A DNA stretch of 64,000 bases from Epiperipatus broadwayi (taxonomy: Eukaryota > Animalia > Onychophora). A program made the translations under genes and the position numbers. The DNA lies in assembly GCA_028023455.1 (NCBI GenBank), contig JAQFVV010000009.1, positions 12,462,001-12,526,000 on the forward strand, read 5' to 3'. The notes under the pieces are model-generated. The model made no database searches. It was not told the origin of the DNA and saw nothing but the letters and a program-made list of their open reading frames with translations. The stretch's first letter is position 1. Each line of letters starts with the position of its first letter. Below, one piece after another: positions 54,421 to 64,000 of the stretch.

Positions 54421-55786
54421 TGTCTGGCATCAAAAAGAATCTAGCAAGATTCAACAACAAAAATAAATCTGAAAAAAGAGTTAGCAATAACTCAGATGAT
54501 GGTAGAACTTATCCCTAACCCACCCAGATGAGAATACCATCAGCAATGAAAAATACTTAGACCGATGTAAAAACTGATAAATATGGGAAAGGTAAAAGAA
54601 TGGTTGTTGATGATTCTAGACATGTTTTGGATATATGTTTTTTGAGCAAAAATTTATAATATATCTAATTCCCTTGTTATACATTAGTTTGGTTCCTGAA
54701 AATTATATGTAAAAGAAATTTGTGCAAAAAAATACATTGTATATATATAGAAAATAAAGAGATTGGTTCCAGACCTAAGAAGTCAATAAAAATAATTAGA
54801 TAAACCATATGAAAATTTTTGTTAGAATGTTTTATTTCTTGGGTGCTATCAAATTTTACCTTATACACATTGAACATAAATAAAAAATAAGTTATAGGAA
54901 CAAATTTCATTTGAAAAATATAAAAAAAATTGAAAATAATAACACTATGAAACACCCATTGGTTTCTCCACTCAAGCTATTAAAAACTCAAGTTCAATGG
55001 GTATTGTCACTTCCATGTTATAAGTAAAAAAAAAAAAATGAAATAAAAATTTTTAATGTAATTTATTGGATTTATTTCTTTTATTTCATTTAACTTTTTT
55101 TTTTAATTTAACAACTAACACATTTGAAAAGAGAAATTGTTGGCTGCTGGAGCTGTACATTTATCAAAAACAAAGCCAACATCTATCTTGTTTGCCCATA
55201 AAACAGAAAAGTACCCAAGATTTTATTTGCTGTCACTTTCAGACAATAAATGCATGCAGCATGATTGGAATATCATTGCTATCACTAAACCTTGCAATGA
55301 ATAACTTACCATCTATTGATTTTTGGAAAAATTAATAAATATAAATTTAAACAAATTAATCAATAAAATTTAAACAAAATTACATTTTTTAAACATCAAC
55401 ACCAACAAGAAAATTTTTTTTTTTAAAACCAAATGTCAAAATGCAAACAAAGCATAAAAACCAAAAAGATACTCCCCTTTCAAAACAAAATGTCAAAAAT
55501 ATTACAATGCAGAAAAACATATTTCTGTATTTGCAGGAATATTGTTGAAAAAGGGATTTGTGTTTTTAAAATAATGGTAAATAAAGATATGAAACTTTTT
55601 TTTAATTAGATGATAATAGTAATTTTTTTTTTTAGTTTTGTGACATAATCATGATGAACTCACCTCAGAAACAAATCTGTAAATAAATACCAAATTAAAA
55701 ACTTTTACAATCTTCTAAAAACTAAAAATAAATTATTTTATATTGCTTACATAAAATTATTTAGAATTTAAAAAAAGTTTAATAAT

Positions 55787-56118
55787 TTAAGATAATCTAA
55801 GAATCACATTGAGAATGTAAGATGATTTTTTAAGCCTTCCAGACAATAAATGTTCTTTTCTTCATTCCACCCATGAATATATCACAGCAGCTCTAATACC
55901 AATGTACCATTTCTTTTTTCAGTCTTGTTATTTTAAAACAATATGTGTAATAACAACTTAAGATAATCTAAGAATCACATTGAGAATGTAAGATGATTTT
56001 TTTAAGCCTTCCAGACAATAAATGTTCTTTTCTTTATTTCACCTATGAATATATCACAGCAGCTCTAATACCAATGTACCATTTCTTTTTCCAGTCTTGT
56101 TATTTTAAAACAATATGT
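55787..56118 (+). repeat. Tandem direct duplication, period ~171 bp
   Basis: 55787-55946 is near-identical to 55958-56118. Confidence 0.9.
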
Positions 56119-59100
56119 ATAGAAAAATAAATATTTTTTTAAACTCTTATTATTTCAAAATTATTCAAAAAAAATTCCTGAAAAATGAGAATTAGGTGTA
56201 ATAAACCCCCAAGAAATTGTAGAACTAGACATTATACAAATCCTGATTATAACTATAAAAAAAAAAAAAGAAATATAACAATTATGATAAAGGGCCATAT
56301 AATGTCTGAATGTTGAAGCCAATTAGAAAAGAGTATACAAACTCATCATGATGAATTGGGAGTGTGGAAACAGTTGATGTGTGTTAATATTTTCAGAGCT
56401 GCTGGAAAGCTCAAAATTGAGGTGTGTGAGTATGTACTGTTGATGGTCATAGTATTATATAGTGAGAGTTTTGAATTTAGATGATCATGAACAATTTTAT
56501 TTTGGAAGATATTGTCTAAATTTTAAAGCACTTGATGGGATTTTCTAGGCCATTATTATTTGTCAAAAGTTTGTAATGAAACATTTGCTATAGATGATTC
56601 TGGTTTTCTACCATATATTTGTATATGATTATTCTGTGACAGTTCTTACAGTAGAAACATTGTGCCTATTTTCAAGAGTATACATCTGCATGTTTCAGTC
56701 ATGGGCTTGATAGTGGATCTGAAAATGTAGATACGCATAAGTTTTTAGATCACTATAATTCATTAAATTCAAATAAATTTAAAAAGTGTAAAAGATGGTA
56801 AATAATAAAATAAACCAAAAGAGGAAGATTAGCTATGTCCTGGTCAAAACATGTTTATTCATCTAACATGAGCTGGAATTCAATGAAATGGACTTCAAAC
56901 CCACTCCATAAACCCCAGATCAAACACCTAATGAATAATATATAATGATGGCACATAAAAATTTATTTTAAATCCAGCCCACTAGCAGAGTGGAGATAAC
57001 AATGAGACTCAATATTAACTAAATTAAAATATGCATATACATAGTTGTATGTGCGGAAGTGGAGAAACAGGGATTCAAATGACTCAAATAAGTTTAGACA
57101 ATAAAAATAGTTTAATATGATAAATTATTATATACATAATGAATTAATTGCATACATTAGTATGTGCATGAATGAGCAAGCAGTCTATTAGAAACGGTAT
57201 ATAATTGCATAGTGAAATTCACGCTAAGGGTTCTCATATGCTCTTTTATTAACTAAATAGTATATATACATTATCACATATCTTTGGTGGATCCAATATT
57301 AAGATGCCAATCAATTATTAAAAAGATTACATAAAATTGCTATTAACGCTTTGATTTACGGTTCTGAAACATGATGATTAACATTATTTCAGGGAGCATT
57401 TCGAGATTCATTATATATATAAGAAAATTATTTTCACGCATTACAGTCGTAAAAATAAGTAAAACACATTTGAAAATTACATTTAGTTATATGACAAAAA
57501 TATTGAAAATTCTTTTAATTAACATTTAAAGGACAGAACGCTTTATTTTCCCCAAGGCAGATAGATACTCTTAAATACAGAAATAAATTATGATGGTAGG
57601 ATTGTATAACCAGACTGAAATAACATATTAATAAAAGTAATGACACTCGGTATTTTATATATATATATATTTAAGCAGAGCACAATTTTAATATTACAGC
57701 ATTAAAACTGGATCATGAAGCAAAAGAGATAATAATACAAAGAAGTTTGCCGTACTGACATCAGCAAAGAAATAAGAGAAAAAGGTAGTGCTTCTGGACA
57801 AAAATGAAGTCTAAGACCCCCTTCTTGGGCAGTGCTTAGAGAATGTGGATAAGGCATACCATGAATGCCACTGATGTGCAGAGACCTTGGAAAGGTCAAT
57901 TATCCACAAGACAAGGCTTGAAAAGAAATCTATGTGTTCGATCTTGTCGCAACCCCCAGATTAGAAGCATATAATATATATACATATATATTCACAAAGA
58001 TATGCTAATGTCAGTAACACAGTATGGATAAATGTCACTAATGACATTGAATAAGATTTACTGCTTTAAAATAAATGACCCTTGTTTGAATGCCATAATT
58101 TAGATAAATAATAGGCTATGCCGCTATTATATATAGGGACGATTTCATTTAATAAAATATACTTAAGATTTGATCCCTTTCTTTCCTGCTATTTAAAATA
58201 ATTCAATCCTATCATCATGGATTTTACAACAACTGAATATTTAAACTTATAATATTTTAAGAGTAAAGAAAAAAAAACTAGCACTTATATATAGAAAACA
58301 GTTAATAAGTCACTCTTTCAGAATTGAATAAATAATATTTTAAATGATTCCAGAGTGTTAATTAGCTTGAGTTCTGGATTCACCCTGGATAGAATCCTGA
58401 GTTAAATAAATAACTAATTTTTACACTAAAAACAAACCTAAAATGTTGATTCATAAAAACAATCTGGTGAACGTATTAATTTATCACATTATACTTTATG
58501 GGGATGTTAATAACCTTACTTCATAGAGGTTTAGTTAAAAAAGAAAGAAAATATTTTTAGAAATTAAGCTCGCCAGTTTGCTTGAGATTGGCATATTAAT
58601 AATAAGAGCATACATATAAAATCAAGTAAAAAATACATATAAATAATTAACCGCACCAAAGTTAAAGAAAGTTAGAGCATGTGAGAGAAAATTAGATTTA
58701 TAGAAATCACTTGAGAGTAAATTACATATTAGAAAAAGTACAAAGTTAAATCATATAATTAAGAGAAATTTTGATAGTAGGGTTTGAGATTAGTTAGACT
58801 AGCTAGATTTTGTTTCAATGATGGCAATTTGAAAATAGTTTACCTTGCATCATTTCAAGAGTCCAATTTTAAAGTATGGCATTTAATGAATCCATGTGAG
58901 TTCTTCTTGGTGACAGCCAGCTTCTATTCAACATTCCAGAATTTTTTTTAGGCTTTCCTTCATTTCAGGGTAGCAGGATATTATGGCAGCGGAAGATGAC
59001 CCACAAGGGTTGGGAAAGGCTTTCTATTAGATCATCCTTTTTAAATTTCAAAGCAGTGTGGAGTCTCTAGTAGCAATTAGTTCTCTCAATAGTAGCTAAT

Positions 59101-59894
59101 TCATTGGTGATCAAAATTTAGCCCATTTAAACTCCTGCCCAGATATTTCTGGGATGCTTTCAATTTCTTATTTCTAGCTTAAGCTCTAATCTCTAACCTA
59201 AAATCTTAAGTTTTCTTCGTTCATTGTTTGAAGATGCAATTGTAAGATAACTGTCCAAAGTAAATTCAAATCTATTTTCAGATTGAAAATAGATTTGACA
59301 AAATGCTTATAACAAAAGTACAATCGTTAATCTTAATCACCATTTTATTTTAAGTAAAAACTTTAATTAAATTTTTTTTCCCAAGATTAAAACAATATTA
59401 TATTTCCACCCCTTTAATTATTTTTGGACAATTAACAGTTGCATCTTCGATCTTGGATTTTACAAAATATACAATTTAATAGAAAAAACAATTTAAAAAG
59501 AAAAAGTTTTACAAACAACGTATAATGAAATATTTTTAAAAAAAATCAATATTGTGTTAGTATTTTTGTTTCTATAATATATATATATATCTGAGCCACA
59601 CCTATGTATTTTTAATGTGAAGAAAAGAATTAATAATAAATATTGAAAAGTTAAACTTTATAAATTTTAGGCATGCATCTCAAATATATACATAAAATAT
59701 ATATACACAATTAAAGGAGCAGGATGACAAAAATGTTAAAACCTTATTTTTTTCTTATTTTCATTTAAAATCTGATAAACATTATTTAGAATATTTCTTA
59801 TTTATCTCTTTTATTTTATTTTTTAAATTAAAAAACTAACAAATACGTAAAATTACTGAAAAGAAAAAAAGGGTACTTTAATATTTTTCTTGCT

Positions 59895-60065
59895 ATGATG
59901 TATTACCTCAAAGATGCACTACTCTAATCTTCTGATCTTTAAGATAACATCTCCTAGTGATTTTCAGGCAATGTTAATCGCTAAAATTTGACCAAAGTTC
60001 ACATGAAAGCATTATATTAAAGATTGAAAGATTAGAGGAGTACGTCTTCGGGATAATACATCATA
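59895..60065. repeat. Small MITE-like inverted repeat with ~48-bp arms
   Basis: tatgatgtattacctcaaagatgcactactctaatctt.. pairs with ..aagattagaggagtacgtcttcgggataatacatcata. Confidence 0.7.
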
Positions 60066-60219
60066 GAAAGAAAAATAATAAAGAAGTCAGCCATCTGGTA
60101 GACATCGGATGCCATGTTTCTTCTTTCTGAAAAAAAAAATTACTATAATAAATAATTAGTATAAGACATATGTAATAACAATAATAATAAAAAAATAATA
60201 ATAAAGATTTCGGCAGACA

Positions 60220-60680
60220 TAGCAAGAATAATACTAAAGAGGACATCCAAAGACATCTAATAGCAAGAATAATATGAAAGAAGACATCTAATAGCAAGAA
60301 TAATATGAAAGAAGACATCTATCTAATAGCAAGAATAATACGAAAGAAGACATCTAATAGCAAGAAAAATATGAAAGAAGACATCTAATAGCAAGAATAA
60401 TATGAAAGAAGACATCTAATAGCAAGAAAAATATGAAAGAAGACATCTAATAGCAAGAAAAATATGAAAGAATACAAATACAAAAGAAGATATCTACTCT
60501 AATAGCAAGAATAATATGAAAAAAGATATCTAATAGCAAGAAAAATATGAAAGAAGACATCTAATAGCAAAAATAATATGAAAGAAGACATCTAATAGCA
60601 AGAATAATACGAAAGAAGACATTTAATAGCAAGAAAAATACGAAAGAAGTCATCTAATAGCAAGAATAATACTAAAAATC
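60220..60680 (+). repeat. 31-bp minisatellite, about 13 copies
   Basis: Unit CTAATAGCAAGAATAATATGAAAGAAGACAT, head-to-tail, with point variants and two small insertions. Confidence 0.95.
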
Positions 60681-63139
60681 ACATGTGCCAAAAAATACAT
60701 AAATTAATAGTAATTTACTAAAATTATTGTAAATTCAAATTGACTACAAAATAATTGCAGAAAAATTTATAAAAAATATTTGTAATTTTAAAATTAAAAA
60801 CAATAAAAAACACTTTTCCCGATATAGTGCGAATCTGTCATATTGTGAAAATGGCAGATATAAAAAACATCTTAATTAAAAGGTATTATATAAAATTATG
60901 AAATTAAAAGTGTACTTTTTTTAAAATGAAAATAAGGATAATTTATAAGAAAAATGGAAAAGAAGACATTGAACCAAAAAAAGCAAAATAAAAAATAACC
61001 CAAAAGGTATTACATAAAATTTTTTTTTTTTAATGAAAATTAGAATAATTTCTAAGGAAAATGCAAAAGAAACAAGCATTAAATATATATGGAAATATGT
61101 ACAACTATGTTTAAAATAATACCACAATCATCGCTACAAAATAAAAAATAACTTGTAATGGTGACATATAAAAACATTTTAAAAGCTACCATATTTAATT
61201 ATTAAGAAACAAAATGAAAATTACTTACAAATAATGGCAGTGGAAAATTACTATAATATCATCCAATCGGCAGTTAAAAATTCACTCTATATCATAATAT
61301 AATATCCATATTAAATATGAAATATATGAAAATATTTTCACTATGATCAAAAAAATCACTGCTCATGCTGATATCAAAACCGCAGAAGACAGAGAAATGA
61401 GAAAATTTCCCATAAATCTCTCGACTTTTTAAATCTCATGGGTCACCATGAACAAAAATCACCATTCCCATGGATTAGTCATGCCAGTGTCTTTGCTGCC
61501 ATGACATCATTTATCTAATCTTTGATAAAATCTTACCAACAAAAAACATGTTAAGCGTAATACGTCATAGCAAGAAAAATACTAAACTACCGGAAAAAAT
61601 TATTAATATTTAATTTATCATTTCTTTTTTTAAAACTTTTTTCTCTCTTTTACAATTACCCTTAACAAATTATAAATATTCATATTCTTATTATTTAAAT
61701 TGTTTGGAACTTATCATATTATCATTTAATGACTGTAACTTTAATAATATTAATAATACCTATTCTGTGGAAAAATTACAATAACACAAGTAGATCATTT
61801 TATAACATTGTAGTTAATATGAAGCAGATCCTAGGAATTATTTCAGGTAGGTTTTTTAAAGAAAGTTTAAGATTTTTTTTTCAGAACAACCAATCTCTGA
61901 GACAAACATCCAATATTAAAAGTAATTCAGAAATAGTATATTTACTTATCCATAGATTCTAAATGATTTGTTTTGATTAATTGGGCATCAATGTGTTGAC
62001 GACAACAAAAAAATATGAACATAATAAATCATATTCACCACTGATGAGAAAGGTGTCTTGAGCCTAAGGCTTACCTTTACCTTATTTATCACCTAAATAC
62101 AAAAAAAAGTTCACCAATTTTTTTTTACAATCTATATTCTTTAATAACAAATTACTGTCATTAACAAATATGTTCTAGCAATCTATTTTCTGGCTGTTAA
62201 TAATCATCTGCAACCTTTAGAAATAATTCTGAACAATTTTTAGAAACAACTATTATCTAATAATGTTATTTCAAAAATATTTTTTAAAAGCTAATAATGC
62301 TCTTTTAGTGAGATTATTTATTTAGTTTATAGTAAAAAAAAAATTTAATTATCCTTTATTCAAATATTCATACAATCAATTGCACAAAGTGAAATGCATA
62401 TTCAGTAGAGAAAGTATTTTCATGTAATTGGTGAATAGTAGCTTATATGTGGGCCTGCCAAGACAAAATAATGACTCACTGTGAAAACGATAGTAACATT
62501 TTATAATTATACTGCCAAATATACCATATCCTCTGACTTAGGTGGTACTAGACCTCAGTAGTAGCCATTACAAAGATTAATAGAGTGAATATATTTTATT
62601 ATCCTATTAAAAATGAAGGTGTTTAATAACATCACTATTGATCATCTAATCTTTTCTATCAGACTATACCAATGATATGTACCTGGTTGTTGATGATTTC
62701 CTAAAATCACTGTTACCAAACCAATCCAACTACTATCACAATCTGATGCATGTAAGTTGTAGAGGAAGCATAGAATAACCTATAATATGCTTTTTAAACA
62801 TGTTCAATTCTGATATTTACAAAATCTCTATATATGTTTGGTTTTAGAACATGCTTCAGCAATAGTGAATGCTTTATTGTCTTACTCCTAAATTGAAATA
62901 AATTTTTTATATCTTTTGCAGCCCCCACTCCTCCTTTTTTTTGCAACTCTTATATAATTTGTATCCATCTTCACTTATTTCTGTTTTATCTATTGGCTTA
63001 CTCTTACTGATTTGTATGACACTATATCATTGTTTGCTTCCGAGTGAAATAATTTTTATATCACTCATTTACTTCAAAAATATTAATGCCTACAATTTTT
63101 TTCTCTCAATTTCTCTATTTCAGTTTTGGTCTTCATTAT

Positions 63140-64000
63140 TGTTTCTTCATTATCATCATGAACCATTATCAATCCACTGCAAGATGAAAGTCTCTCCAAG
63201 TTCAATCCATCTTCTTTGATATTTAGCTTCTCTTCTCCACATCACCCCTACACACTTTCTTATTTTATCCATCCATCTCACATGTTGTCTTTTTCTGGGT
63301 CTTTTACAATCTATTGGAATCCAGTTTAAGATTTCAATTGTCCATCTATTATTATCTCTTCTAGCAATATGTCCAGCCCAACTCCACTTTCAGTCTTTTA
63401 ATTTTTTCAATGAGGTCAGTAACACCTGTTTGTTCTCTTACCTATATATTGTGTTTTCAATCTCTTCTTGTAACTCCCAACATGCATCTCTTCATACTTC
63501 TTTGAGTGGTCTGAAGTCTCTGTATTGCTCTTCTATTAAGTGTCCAAGTATCAGATCCATAAGTAAGAACTGGTAAAACACATTTATTAAAAACCTTCCT
63601 TTTCAAACACATAGGCATATTTCCTTTTAGTATCAAGTTATTTCTACCAAAAGCACTCCAACCAAGTTTAATTCTATGATTAATTTCATCCATTATGTTT
63701 TCATCTGTATTAATAATATGACCAAGGTATTTGTAACTGTTAACTTCTTCTAACTCATCATAATCAATCTTTATTTTCATATTTTGAGAAAATCCATTAA
63801 ACATTACTTTAGTCTTTTTAACATTTATCTTTAGTCCTGCTTTCCTACTTTCATCTGATAACTCCTGCAACATTTCCTGCAGCTCTAAAGCATTATTTGC
63901 AAAAACAACTACATCATCTGCAAAATCTAAATGACTTAAATAATCTCCATTTACTTTCACTCCTTTAGCTTCCCATTTTAATCCACAAAATATTTCTTGC
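63140..64000 (-). mobile_element. RTE-clade LINE 3' part (RT C-terminus to end of ORF), runs off the window
   Basis: ORF 63457-63960 has HLDFADD, GLKIN..KTKVM, YKYLG and KVFNKCVLPVLTYGSDTW. A frameshifted tail (RWT..I..W.P...KRP...RW.D) continues to ~63150. Confidence 0.92.

Noticed and set aside
58840-59200. Transposase or host exon (minus strand)
   Set aside because: Protein-like fragments with multiple stops and no diagnostic motif; cannot be assigned.
60220-60680. CRISPR-like array
   Set aside because: Units are head-to-tail with no unique spacers, there are no cas genes, and the context is eukaryotic.
62040-62075. Hammerhead (CUGAUGA followed by a hairpin)
   Set aside because: No GAAA after the hairpin and no stem I or III. 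Other isolated CUGANGA hits (2224, 4834, 34250, 49895, 51608) fail for the same reason.

Overview
AT-rich eukaryotic (animal-like) genomic DNA with no intact protein-coding gene that I can support; it is a graveyard of decayed mobile elements. These include non-LTR retrotransposon pieces (RT 1-1.7 kb; ORF1 plus AP-endonuclease 26.7-29.2, 30.2-31.3 and 51-52.6 kb; L2-like 3' ends; RTE-like RT 63.1-64 kb), Ty3/Gypsy remnants (24.8-26.7, 31.3-31.9, 53.1-54.4 kb), a Merlin-like TIR element, an hAT-like remnant, a tRNA-Val-like sequence, and mini/microsatellites. At least three Penelope-like element (PLE) remnants are present (2.1-4.8, 41.6-42.1, 44.9-49.3 kb). The most interesting signal is that several repeats that look like MITE fold-backs carry type I hammerhead ribozyme (HHR) motifs with palindromic stem III, at or next to the inversion point. 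There are four copies of one family, two of a second, and more degenerate members of three others. One lies in a mismatch-free 300-bp hairpin that caps a decayed PLE with an unusually long 5' region. All calls are by-eye motif and base-pairing analysis; no database search or folding was run, and most boundaries are approximate.
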